Shown piece by piece: positions 1 to 8,671 of a stretch of 64,000 nucleotides of DNA (its first letter is position 1; each line of letters starts with the position of its first letter). Origin of the DNA: Candidatus Eiseniibacteriota bacterium (GTDB taxonomy: Bacteria > Eisenbacteria > RBG-16-71-46 > CAZAMP01); assembly GCA_965224245.1 (NCBI GenBank), contig OZ245046.1:2528001-2592000 (forward strand). The letters run 5' to 3'. The position numbers and the translations under genes were made by a program. Under the pieces are notes generated by a model. That model did no database searches. It had not been told where the DNA came from and saw nothing but the letters and a program-made list of their open reading frames with translations.

Positions 1-1442
1 AACTCCACCGGCACCAGCTGCGTGGCCAGCGGGACGAGCCCGTCCTTCTTGCGGTACGCGGACTCGCGCTCGATCTCCTCGGCGCGCAGCACGTCGGCCT
101 TCGCCACCCGGATCACGCCGAGCTCCTCGACGTAGTCGAGACCCTGCGTCCGGAGGATGATCTGAAGCGCGCGGCGCCACGGGACGTCGTTGAGACGCAG
201 CGTCACCGTGCCCTGCACACCGGCGTTGGCCACGATGTCGTGACCCGACGTCTCGGCGATCGACCGCAGCACCGTGTGAATCTCGGCGCCCTGGAGATCG
301 ATCGAGATCCTCGGATCGGCCTCCATGTCGACCGGCACCTGCGGCTGCGCATCGGCCGGGGCGTCGGTGGTCAGGAACGTATGCGACTTCGCCGGCGTGT
401 GGCGGCGCGTCGGCTCGGCGCCGTCGTCGGACGGCGACGCGACCATCATCTCGGCCATGTCGGCCGGATCGTCGGAGAGCTCGCTCATCGGCTCCGGACT
501 CGCCGGCTCCCCCTGACGGGACGAGCTGGCGTAGACCACCTCATCCTCCCACTCGGGCTCGGCGGTGCCGCTCGCCGGCGGCGTGTCCGTCATCGCCACC
601 GGACCGGTGGGGAGCATGCCGTCGTCCGAGACGGAATCCGGCTCGCCCCACATCGACCAGTCCGACGACGCGTCGTCGCTGGACGGCGTGCTCTCCGGCT
701 CGTCGTCGGCGGACGGCGTGCTCTCCGGCTCGTCACCGGTGGACGGCGTGCTCGCGAGCTCGTCGTCGGCCGCCGGCGCGTCGCTGCCGGCCTCCGCCTC
801 GGCCTCGTCGGAGACGACCGGCTCGGGGTCCGCGACGTCGGTACCGACCGACGGCGAGGCCGTGCTCTGGGCCGCGTCGACGGGCACGAACGCCAGCTCG
901 GACCCGACCACGGCGTCACCGACGACCTCGGCCTCGGCGTCCATCGTGCCGGCCTCGTCGGTCGCGGAGTCGCCCGCCTGCATCTCGTCGGAGGGCGCCG
1001 ACGCGTGATCCTCGGCCGCATCGATCCCGGCATCGGGATCGGTGACCGACAGCATCAGCACGTCGCCTTCCTGGTCCATCCACGCGTCCGACCCGACCTC
1101 GTACTTCAGCACCATGCGCGTGAGCCGCTCGCCGTCGGCGAACCACGGCTCGAGGTCGACCGACTTCAACGTGCCCTCGCCCGAGTAGACCCGGCGAGGC
1201 AGTCGGATCGACGTGCCCGTGAACGTGACGGTCATCTCGCCGCTGTCCTCGTCCACGGCGTGCTCGACGTCGCTTCCGGGCGGAGCGTCCAGGGTCACGA
1301 TCGCCTCACCGAACTGCTCCTGCACCTCGATGCCTTCGAAATCGAAGGAGTCCGCAATCGCGAGACCCGTGACACCCAGTCCCAACGGCGTCAGCGCGCA
1401 CACCGCGAGAACCCTGAGTGCGGCCTTACCTGATCTTGCCAT
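1..1442 (-). CDS. pilQ: Type IV pilus secretin PilQ, N-terminal part (continues beyond window start)
   Basis: Not in the ORF track because there is no stop in the window. ATG at 1442 overlaps the end of pilP; reads MARSGKAALRVLAVC... (signal peptide), AMIN-like domain, acidic linker, then in-frame ISIDLQGAEIHTVLRSIAETSGHDIVANAGVQGTVTLRLNDVPWRRAL (secretin N0/STN-like). Follows pilMNOP. Confidence 0.92.
   Translation of the reverse strand, partial: MARSGKAALRVLAVCALTPLGLGVTGLAIADSFDFEGIEVQEQFGEAIVTLDAPPGSDVEHAVDEDSGEMTVTFTGTSIRLPRRVYSGEGTLKSVDLEPWFADGERLTRMVLKYEVGSDAWMDQEGDVLMLSVTDPDAGIDAAEDHASAPSDEMQAGDSATDEAGTMDAEAEVVGDAVVGSELAFVPVDAAQSTASPSVGTDVADPEPVVSDEAEAEAGSDAPAADDELASTPSTGDEPESTPSADDEPESTPSSDDASSDWSMWGEPDSVSDDGMLPTGPVAMTDTPPASGTAEPEWEDEVVYASSSRQGEPASPEPMSELSDDPADMAEMMVASPSDDGAEPTRRHTPAKSHTFLTTDAPADAQPQVPVDMEADPRISIDLQGAEIHTVLRSIAETSGHDIVANAGVQGTVTLRLNDVPWRRALQIILRTQGLDYVEELGVIRVAKADVLRAEEIERESAYRKKDGLVPLATQLVPVE
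671..770. repeat. 30-bp coding tandem repeat (~3.3 copies) in the PilQ linker
   Basis: ggacggcgtgctc.. at 681, 711 and 741; encodes ADDELASTPS/TGDEPESTPS/ADDEPESTPS. Confidence 0.9.
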
Positions 1443-2055
1443 TCGGAGATCCCCCTTGCTCCTTCGACTTCAGAGTCAAGGTCAGTGTTTCTGTCATACC
1501 GAAAACGGAGTGTCTGATCTTCATGAAGTCCGGCCCCACGGCGATCACACGACCGTGCAGCACCGGATCCCCCTTACGCATCACGTACCCGAAGCCACGC
1601 GCGTCCTCGACGAGGGCGCGATGCTCGTTGTCCTTGCGGAGGATGCCCACGAGCTGCATCATCTGCGGATCGATCTGGTCGCCGAAGAAGCGATTGTCCG
1701 AGAGTGACCCCGCCACGAGGTTCTCGAACGGATCCTTGCGACCGAGGCTCCGATACGTGTACTCGCGCCGCTGGAAGACGTCCTCCTGCGCGACGGCGGG
1801 GACGATCGGCGACGTGTCCGCGGGGGGCGAGACGCCGCTACGTCGCTCCGTCCCGGCGTCGGCGTCCGTGGCCGACTTCCTGGCGGTGTCGGTCGCCTGA
1901 CGCGACGCCACCCGCTCGGCGCCCCGCGACGCGTGCGCGTCGTCGGGTGCGTCCGTGGACTGCATCATCATCACCGACATGGCGGCGAGAGCGACCACAC
2001 CGATGCCGCCCAGCACCATCATGCGCTTACCGCTCAACATGGACGACATGCTCAC
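1426..2055 (-). CDS. pilP: PilP-like pilus assembly protein
   Basis: YTYRSLGRKDPFENL motif and LVGI...ALVED..G.GY...GD beta domain; lies between pilO and pilQ. Confidence 0.8.
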   Translation of the reverse strand: MSMSSMLSGKRMMVLGGIGVVALAAMSVMMMQSTDAPDDAHASRGAERVASRQATDTARKSATDADAGTERRSGVSPPADTSPIVPAVAQEDVFQRREYTYRSLGRKDPFENLVAGSLSDNRFFGDQIDPQMMQLVGILRKDNEHRALVEDARGFGYVMRKGDPVLHGRVIAVGPDFMKIRHSVFGMTETLTLTLKSKEQGGSPNGKIR

Positions 2056-2726
2056 CCCTCGATCTTTCCGGACTTACCGGCGGGACGCTTGGCCGCGGCG
2101 CTGCCGTGGAGCCCGCCCCTGGGCTCCGCGCCGCGCGAGCTTCCGGCCGCGGCGCGCACGTGATCTCCGGTCACCGAGTACGCGACCGCCGTACAGGACG
2201 CACGGACGCGCTCGTCCTCGTCGCCACCGCGTAGCGACTCGAGCTTGGGCATGCGGACGGTCACGAGGCGCGTCAGCCGCGCGAGCTCTCCGTAGAACGC
2301 TCCCACCTCGTGGTAGCCGCCGACCACACTCACCTGGATCGGGTTCTCGGCGTAGTACTCGAAGTTCTGCGAGTCGCCCGGCTCGAAGCCGACGAAGTCG
2401 ACCCCGGCCGAGTGACCGGCCACCGTGATGGCCCGGAGAAGCCCGGCCATGTCCGTCTGCGTCGGGAGGAGCTCGTTCGCGATCTCCCACTTCCGCTGGG
2501 TCTCTTGATGAAGGGCCTCGACCCGCTCCAGGTCGGCCGCGAGCCGACGGGCCTGGTTGATCTCCGAGGACAGCTTGCCGTACTCGACCTTCATCACGTC
2601 GATCTCGGCGGCCTTGGCCTTGTAGCCGAAGGGCAGCGACGGAAGGAAGAAGTAGACGTAGTGGAGCCCCAGCACGACGAGGCCGAGCATGATGTACTTC
2701 TGGATCTTGGGGTCACGGACGTTCAC
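2052..2726 (-). CDS. pilO: Type IVa pilus biogenesis protein PilO
   Basis: N-terminal TM, coiled coil, LLP..TDMAGLL and GGYHEVGAFYGELARLTRLV motifs; synteny. Confidence 0.92.
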   Translation of the reverse strand: MNVRDPKIQKYIMLGLVVLGLHYVYFFLPSLPFGYKAKAAEIDVMKVEYGKLSSEINQARRLAADLERVEALHQETQRKWEIANELLPTQTDMAGLLRAITVAGHSAGVDFVGFEPGDSQNFEYYAENPIQVSVVGGYHEVGAFYGELARLTRLVTVRMPKLESLRGGDEDERVRASCTAVAYSVTGDHVRAAAGSSRGAEPRGGLHGSAAAKRPAGKSGKIEG

Positions 2727-3306
2727 GATCCGGCTCCTTCTTGTCCGGGCTGTACGTCAGCCGCACCTCGACCTCGAAGCGAAGCACCTCGCGACCATCC
2801 ATGACCTCTTCTTCGATGATGACCAGCACGACGTCGTCGAACAATCCGAGCTTGTCGAGCCGCACCATCAGGTCGGCGACGGCGAGGTTGGTGAACGTGT
2901 ACCCCTCGAGGATCATCGTCCGGGGACGGCGCTCGTCTTCTTCGATCCGCTCCAGCCACATGTGCTGGGGAAGGACCTGACTGATCTCGTCCAGAACCTG
3001 CACGACGTACGTCGACGCCTCGTCGAGCTGCGCGACCACGTCGATGCGATGGTTCAGCTCCTGGGTCTGACGATTCAGGCGATGGATACGATCGATCTGA
3101 GGCTTGAGCCGGATCGACTCCTGTCGGGCCTCGGTGACGACCGCGCTCAGCGCCGCGTGCTCTCTGCTCTGGGCGATCATGGCGACGCCGATGGGCGCCG
3201 CCACGAGGAGGAACAGCCCCATCGGAACGAGCACCCGTGCGCCGGGGAGCTTCAGGCTCCTGGATGCGGGACGGTCCTCGGGAGGAAGCAGGTTGATCCG
3301 AATCAT
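2713..3306 (-). CDS. pilN: Type IVa pilus biogenesis protein PilN
   Basis: MIRINLLP PilM-binding motif, TM, LP.HMWL motif. Confidence 0.93.
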   Translation of the reverse strand: MIRINLLPPEDRPASRSLKLPGARVLVPMGLFLLVAAPIGVAMIAQSREHAALSAVVTEARQESIRLKPQIDRIHRLNRQTQELNHRIDVVAQLDEASTYVVQVLDEISQVLPQHMWLERIEEDERRPRTMILEGYTFTNLAVADLMVRLDKLGLFDDVVLVIIEEEVMDGREVLRFEVEVRLTYSPDKKEPDRERP

Positions 3307-4346
3307 GCCGCGATCGCCTCCCGCAATGCCAGACCGATGCTCACCGCGAGCTCGCGCGAATGAGACTCGGCCAGGCCTTGGTCGTCATCGGGTAGTACCA
3401 TCCTGCGCACCGGATCGCCGCCCTCCACGGGCACGCTGAGCTTCCCGGCCAGCGCATCGAGCAACCCGATGATCTGACTTCCGCCTCCGGTGAGGATGAC
3501 CCGATCGATTTCCTCGGCATCACCGGATGTCTTCAGGAACAAGCTCGCGCGATCGACCGCGACCTTCAGGTCGTCGGCGAACGAGTCCACCAGGTTGGTG
3601 AGATCCATGCCGCCCGACTCTCCGCCCGTCGCGAGCGAGTCGGTCGCCTGGTCGCGCGAGACCTCGTACGTCTTGCGGATCGATTCGAGAAGGGTGTGGG
3701 TACCCGTCGCGAGATCCTGGGTGTAGAACGGTGCACCGGCCTGGATGACGTGGATGTTCGTGATCTCGCCCCCCACGTTCACTAGCGCGATCGCCTCCTC
3801 CGGATCCAGCTCGTGCGACCACTCGATCGCGTTCTGCATCGCGAAGGCATCCACGTCGATCGCGATCGGGGTCAGGCCGGCCTCGCGGACGATCTCGGAT
3901 CGACCCACGACCACGTCCTGCTTCGCCGCCACCAGGAGGACCTGCATCTCCTTCGGCTCGGTGTCGACCTCCAGGAGGTGGTAATCGAGCATGACGTCCG
4001 CGATGTCGTACGGGACGTGCTGCTCGGCCTCCCAGCGTATGGCCTCGTCGGCCTCCTCTTCGGACATCCGGGCCATCGTCACGCGTTTCACGATGACGCC
4101 ACGACCCGACACCGAGGTCACGACCCGGCGATTGCGGATGTCGCACTCTTCCATCAGGTTCTGAATCGTCTCGACGACGTGGTGATGATCCATCACCTCG
4201 CCGTCGACGATGGCGTCAGGGAGCAGATCCGCTCGTCCCCACTTGACGAGCTCGACCTGATCCCCGCGTGCGAGGACTTCCACGACCTTGATGGAGCTCG
4301 ACCCGATGTCCAGTCCGACGGCCGTGCGAGGTTTTTTGAAGCGCAT
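3303..4346 (-). CDS. pilM: Type IVa pilus assembly protein PilM (actin-like)
   Basis: VGLDIGSSSIK, WEAEQHVPY, VLLVAAK, ILTGGGS; start placed at ATG 4346. Confidence 0.96.
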   Translation of the reverse strand: MRFKKPRTAVGLDIGSSSIKVVEVLARGDQVELVKWGRADLLPDAIVDGEVMDHHHVVETIQNLMEECDIRNRRVVTSVSGRGVIVKRVTMARMSEEEADEAIRWEAEQHVPYDIADVMLDYHLLEVDTEPKEMQVLLVAAKQDVVVGRSEIVREAGLTPIAIDVDAFAMQNAIEWSHELDPEEAIALVNVGGEITNIHVIQAGAPFYTQDLATGTHTLLESIRKTYEVSRDQATDSLATGGESGGMDLTNLVDSFADDLKVAVDRASLFLKTSGDAEEIDRVILTGGGSQIIGLLDALAGKLSVPVEGGDPVRRMVLPDDDQGLAESHSRELAVSIGLALREAIAA

Positions 4347-4517
4347 CGCGCGAGTCTCCCTGAAGCGAGAAAGGCCTCTCGGGGTGGAGGGATAGTTGTC
4401 GCCCTGTTTCTGTTTTCGCGTGGTCGGCCCAGGACTTCGAGCAAAAGTTGGAACGAGCCGTCGCGGGCAGGCCAATCGGCCGAGGTCAGCCGACCGGCGG
4501 GCCGATCGAACACTCGT

Positions 4518-5309
4518 TCACGCGGTGGGAAAGAGGCTCGTGTACCAGTGGAAGAACGCGGGCGCACAGAACAGGGCCAGCACGGCGGCCGGGGCCAGGA
4601 ACGTTCCGAACGGCAGGGCGGTCTTTCCCCCCGCGCGCCCCCCGACCATCATCGCCCCGCCAACGAGCGAACCCACGAGCGAGGCCACGAACAACGTGAA
4701 CACGACCCCCCCGGGCCCCAGGAACGCACCGATCATGGCCGCGAGCTTGATGTCTCCCCCACCCATGCCCTCGACGCCCGTCATCTTGAGATACGCTGCG
4801 CCGAGCCCCCAGAGGATGCCGCCGCCGAGGAGCGCACCGAGGAACGCCTCAAGCAACGACACCGGCAGAAAGAAGCTCCCGGCCAGGCCCACCACGAGGC
4901 CGCCCAGCGAGAGCGGATCGGGGATGATCCGGAAGTCGAAGTCGATCCACGCGACCGCGATCAGCGATGCGGTGAAGAACAGGAGGAACGGCAGCGCCAG
5001 ATCGAACGCGAAGCTCGCGGTGACCACGGCGAACAGCACCGCCGTCACGAGCTCGACCACCGGGTAGCGCGGCGGAATGCGGGTGCGACACCCGGCACAA
5101 CGCCCTCGCAGCGCCAGGTACGACAGGACCGGCACGTTCTCCCAGGGCCGGATCCGCCGCGCGCAGCTCGGGCACCGCGATGCGGGATGCACGATCGACA
5201 GGTCGCGCGGCACGCGGTAGATCACCACGTTGAGAAAGCTGCCGACGATCGCACCGAACACCGCGGCGATCGTGATGCGGATCGTGGGATCCCCCAGAGC
5301 CTCGATCAT
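4518..5309 (-). CDS. pilD: Prepilin peptidase/N-methyltransferase
   Basis: GSFLNVVIYRVP, CxxC pairs, WID..FRIIPD, GMGGGDIKL, PFGTFL; start ATG 5309. Confidence 0.96.
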   Translation of the reverse strand: MIEALGDPTIRITIAAVFGAIVGSFLNVVIYRVPRDLSIVHPASRCPSCARRIRPWENVPVLSYLALRGRCAGCRTRIPPRYPVVELVTAVLFAVVTASFAFDLALPFLLFFTASLIAVAWIDFDFRIIPDPLSLGGLVVGLAGSFFLPVSLLEAFLGALLGGGILWGLGAAYLKMTGVEGMGGGDIKLAAMIGAFLGPGGVVFTLFVASLVGSLVGGAMMVGGRAGGKTALPFGTFLAPAAVLALFCAPAFFHWYTSLFPTA

Positions 5310-5959
5310 CGTTCGCTCCCCCGTTCCAGCTCGTCCACGAGTCGTCGAGCCATCTCCCGGAGTCCGGGCTCCTCGGCGGTCTCGGCGATCTCGCGCCACA
5401 ACCGTAGCGCCTCGGTACGCGAGCCACCACGTCGTTGCGCATCGGCCGCGAACCGCTTCACGTACGACGGGACACCGGCGTGCCCGGCTGCCCGCGTCAG
5501 GAACTCGGCTGCGCGCGGGTCGTCCTTGTCCCGCACGTAGATCAGAAAGCCGGCCTCGAACGGCAGCTCCCACCGATCCGGTCGTTCGGCCATGCCCCGC
5601 TCCAGGAGCTCCACCGCCAGATCGAGGCGGCCCATGTCCTCGGCCATCACGAGGGCGCCGAAGACGTACGGCGTCACGAACCGGGGATCCAGCTCGGTGA
5701 CCATGTCGAACAGGTGGGGCGCGAACGGGTACCGGCGATCGTCGCGACGATGTCGTCCGTAGTACTGAATCGACTGGAGAAACGCCAGGTCCGCCGCCAC
5801 TGCGTCGAACCCCACGCTGGTCAGCTCGACGAACTTCCCCGACGGGAAGTAGCGGAGCTCCGCCGCGTCCACCGGCTGGCGCGTGCCGGCGCGCTCGTCG
5901 ATGAGGCCGGCGGCGCCCAGCGCGATCGCGGCCACGCCCACCCAGAGCGCGCCCGTCAC
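5306..5959 (-). CDS. Membrane-anchored TPR-like protein of the pilin-linked ABC module (PilG/Xap-like)
   Basis: GTG overlaps the permease stop; N-terminal TM, ADLAFLQSIQYYG, TELDPRF, LLERG...P.RWELP helical repeats. Confidence 0.7.
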   Translation of the reverse strand: MTGALWVGVAAIALGAAGLIDERAGTRQPVDAAELRYFPSGKFVELTSVGFDAVAADLAFLQSIQYYGRHRRDDRRYPFAPHLFDMVTELDPRFVTPYVFGALVMAEDMGRLDLAVELLERGMAERPDRWELPFEAGFLIYVRDKDDPRAAEFLTRAAGHAGVPSYVKRFAADAQRRGGSRTEALRLWREIAETAEEPGLREMARRLVDELERGSER

Positions 5960-6720
5960 GCCAGCTCCTTGCGACGGAACGTCGCCACCGCCAGCGCCAG
6001 CATCGCCCCCGCGTACACGAGCCCGTAGGCGATCGAGAGCGTGAGGTCCGAGGGAGGAAGGCTCACCCCGTGCACGGCCTCCAGTCGCATGTCGAACCGC
6101 GCCAGATCGGGAATCACCCAGCGGAGCGCCGAGAGGAGCGCCTGCGAGAAGGGCGTCATCGCCTCGGCCGAGAGCGCGAAGAGATCGCGCATCGTGTGTC
6201 CGGCCACGAAGACGCCCACGGCATAGAGCATCGCGGGGATCGCGGTGGCCACCGTGCAGAGAAACGTCACCACCGAGGCCAGCACCAGGAGCTCCACGGC
6301 GGCCAGAAGCACGGCCTGTCCCATCGCCACGTCCGGTGTGAGCCCGCGCACGGCGAACACGATCGCCACGATCGCGAGCGTGATCCCCAGCACGATCCAC
6401 GCGGTGGCGGTGAGCGCCGCGAACTTGCCGATCACGTAGCCGGCGCGACCGATCGGCCGGGACAGGATCACGTGCACGGTGCGCCGCTCGATCTCTCGCG
6501 CGACCAGGTGGACGCCGCCGGTGAACAGCATGATCGCGCCGACCAGCACCGACAGCGCCAGGGCGAAGTCACGCGCGATCCTGTCCCCGGTGCCCAGCGA
6601 CAGGGGGCCGATCACGAACGTGAGCGCCATTGCAATGCCCGCGAAGAGAGCGGCCACCACGAACAGCCGTGTCCGGAACGCCTCGCGCACGAACGGCGCG
6701 ACGAGAGCGAGCGCCGTCAT
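5956..6720 (-). CDS. ABC transporter permease (PilI-like)
   Basis: About 6 hydrophobic segments, REIERRTVHVILSRPIGR..YVIGKF, C-terminal FRRKEL. Confidence 0.85.
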   Translation of the reverse strand: MTALALVAPFVREAFRTRLFVVAALFAGIAMALTFVIGPLSLGTGDRIARDFALALSVLVGAIMLFTGGVHLVAREIERRTVHVILSRPIGRAGYVIGKFAALTATAWIVLGITLAIVAIVFAVRGLTPDVAMGQAVLLAAVELLVLASVVTFLCTVATAIPAMLYAVGVFVAGHTMRDLFALSAEAMTPFSQALLSALRWVIPDLARFDMRLEAVHGVSLPPSDLTLSIAYGLVYAGAMLALAVATFRRKELA

Positions 6721-7796
6721 CGGGGACCTCCCGAGACGTGACGCGAGTCGACGCCGAGAGGCTCGGGCGCGACCGCCGAGGTCTGGGGCGAAGGGGCCGC
6801 CCCCGGATCCGACGTGGCGAGCCGATCCAGCACGAAGCGCTCGAACCCGTCGCCGCGGTCGTCCACCGTGACGAGCTCGAAGCCGGCCGCGATGGCGGCG
6901 CCCACCACGCGATTGATGTCGCCGGCGGAGACGGTCGCCGAGAGGCAGCCGCCGCCGGCGTCCTGCCAGCGGGCACCGGGCGGCAGGGCCGCCCCCACCG
7001 CGGCCGTCGCGGATGCTGGCGCCGCGATCGTCACCCGGCGCGCGGCCGACGCGGCGCGGCGCACGTCCTCGACCCCGTACACCCCGACGAGCCGTCCCGA
7101 TGCCACGAGCGCGATGCGATCGCAGAGACGCTCGACGTCGGCGAGGATGTGCGAGCACAGAAACACCGAAGCTCCGTCGTCGCGACGCTCGGCGACGAGC
7201 TCCCGCACGACCCGACGCGCGGCCGGATCGAGCCCGCTCATCGGCTCGTCGAGAATCAGGATCGGTGGCCGGCCGAGGAACGCGTGGGCCAGACCGACGA
7301 GCTGCACCTGTCCCTTGCTCAGCTTGCGCATGGGGCGCGAGCGGAGGCTCGAGATCCCCAGCCGGTCCACGAGGTCGCCGATCTCGCGCCGTCGTTCGAG
7401 GTCGCCGAGCCCGGCCAGCCGGGACGAGAGGGTCAGGAACTCGTCCGGCGTCCACGTCCCGTCGATCGCCGGGTTCTCGGGCAGGTATCCGATCGATGCC
7501 CGTGCGCGCACCGATCCCGGCGCCGCGCCGGCGACCCGGGCGGTGCCCGCGCTCGCACGGACGAGGCCGATCAGCATCTTGATCGTGGTGGACTTGCCGG
7601 CCCCGTTGTGGCCGAGAAAGCCGAACACCTCTCCGCGGTGCACGGTCAGGTCGATCCCGGTGACCGCGTCCACGCGGGCGCGCCGCAGCGTGCGGCGATA
7701 GGTCTTCGAGAGCCCGCGAACCGCGATCGGGGCGTCCTCCGGCAGCGGCGCCGGTCCGTGGGGCGCGTGCGCGTGCGAGTCCTGGGGGAGCTTCAC
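6717..7796 (-). CDS. ABC transporter ATP-binding protein (PilH-like)
   Basis: Walker A GHNGAGKST, signature LSKGQ, Walker B LILDEP, H-loop SHIL. Confidence 0.93.
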   Translation of the reverse strand: MKLPQDSHAHAPHGPAPLPEDAPIAVRGLSKTYRRTLRRARVDAVTGIDLTVHRGEVFGFLGHNGAGKSTTIKMLIGLVRASAGTARVAGAAPGSVRARASIGYLPENPAIDGTWTPDEFLTLSSRLAGLGDLERRREIGDLVDRLGISSLRSRPMRKLSKGQVQLVGLAHAFLGRPPILILDEPMSGLDPAARRVVRELVAERRDDGASVFLCSHILADVERLCDRIALVASGRLVGVYGVEDVRRAASAARRVTIAAPASATAAVGAALPPGARWQDAGGGCLSATVSAGDINRVVGAAIAAGFELVTVDDRGDGFERFVLDRLATSDPGAAPSPQTSAVAPEPLGVDSRHVSGGPR

Positions 7797-7868
7797 CTCG
7801 AGTCCTGTGCGTGAGGGCCGTCGCGCGCTCTCGCCGGCCCCATCCAGCCGACGGCGTCGTCGGAGAGA

Positions 7869-7896
7869 ACATCGGCCGGGGGGGCGTCTTGGTTTA
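7869..7896 (-). promoter_or_regulatory. Candidate sigma28-like promoter of the ABC-pilD-pilM operon
   Basis: TAAAC-N15-GCCGATGT on the minus strand, downstream of the pilA terminator. Confidence 0.45.
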
Positions 7897-7943
7897 GCCC
7901 GGCCTGGGGCGCCATCGGCCGGTCGGTGGCCGGGCTGGGGGGC

Positions 7944-7981
7944 AAAACGAAAGTGGGCGGCGCCCCGGAGGGACGCCGCCC
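7944..7981 (-). terminator. Intrinsic terminator after pilA
   Basis: Minus strand gggcggcgtccc-tcc-ggggcgccgccc hairpin followed by actttcgtttt. Confidence 0.8.
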
Positions 7982-8014
7982 GCGACTTCGGTGGGGCTTC
8001 AGGCCCCGCGGAGA

Positions 8015-8431
8015 CTAGCCGTTCGAGAGCTCGATCACGACGCCGTCACCGGCCGGACCACTGGTCGCGTCGTAGCCGTAGGCCTCGATCGAGTACACGC
8101 CGGCGGCCATCGCATAGCCGAGGTTACCCTGCGAGTACGCGAGACCGGCGATCGTGATCGCCGCACCGGTGAACGGGTTGTCCGGCATCACGCCGCCCGG
8201 GAACATCGTGGCGTCGATGTCGGCGAGCGCCGGGTACGTGCCGGCGTTCGTCACCGCGAAGTCCTCGACCGCGAGCTGGAGCGCGTGGGCGTTGCCCTTG
8301 CAGCTACCTTCCTTGGCGCGGTTCTGCATCGAGATGTAGTTCGGGATCGCGATGGCGGCCAGGATGCCGATGATGACGACCACGATCATGAGCTCGATGA
8401 GGGAGAAACCCTTGGTGTTCTTCCGGATCAT
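8015..8431 (-). CDS. pilA: Major type IVa pilin
   Basis: MIRKNTKG|FSLIELMIVVVIIGILAAIAIP class III signal with E5; strong RBS gaggagg; own promoter and terminator. Confidence 0.95.
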   Translation of the reverse strand: MIRKNTKGFSLIELMIVVVIIGILAAIAIPNYISMQNRAKEGSCKGNAHALQLAVEDFAVTNAGTYPALADIDATMFPGGVMPDNPFTGAAITIAGLAYSQGNLGYAMAAGVYSIEAYGYDATSGPAGDGVVIELSNG

Positions 8432-8507
8432 TGCGAACCTCCTCTGGGGTGCCAATCCTGCGGGGGGGCGGCCCCACGCTCTCTCGATCCTCACGGACCC
8501 GTTCCTA

Positions 8508-8523
8508 CGCAACGCGTGTGCCA
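8508..8523 (-). promoter_or_regulatory. Sigma54 (-24/-12) promoter of pilA
   Basis: TGGCAC-ACGCG-TTGCG matches TGGCAC-N5-TTGC; the adjacent gene is a sigma54 activator. Confidence 0.88.
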
Positions 8524-8619
8524 CCCGGACTCCCGACGACCGGCGAGCCGTAACGTGTTTCTCACAAACAACTTGAACCGAGACCGGCCCACCGCGGGCT
8601 CCGTTTCGATGCGGGCGTT

Positions 8620-8644
8620 TTGCACGCGTCGTTGGCGAATGCAA
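8620..8644. promoter_or_regulatory. Candidate PilR upstream activating sequence
   Basis: TTGCA-N15-TGCAA inverted repeat about 100 bp upstream of the -24 box. Confidence 0.4.
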
Positions 8645-8671
8645 TGCGCGAGGGGCGAGCGCCGGCGTCCA

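Noticed and set aside
8015-8431. Electrically conductive pilin
   Set aside because: 11 F/Y in 130 residues (~8.5%), Met at 27 and Lys at 32 instead of aromatics, and no cytochromes in the window.
8560-8580. IHF site upstream of pilA
   Set aside because: AT-rich and well placed, but it mismatches WATCAA-N4-TTR at several positions.
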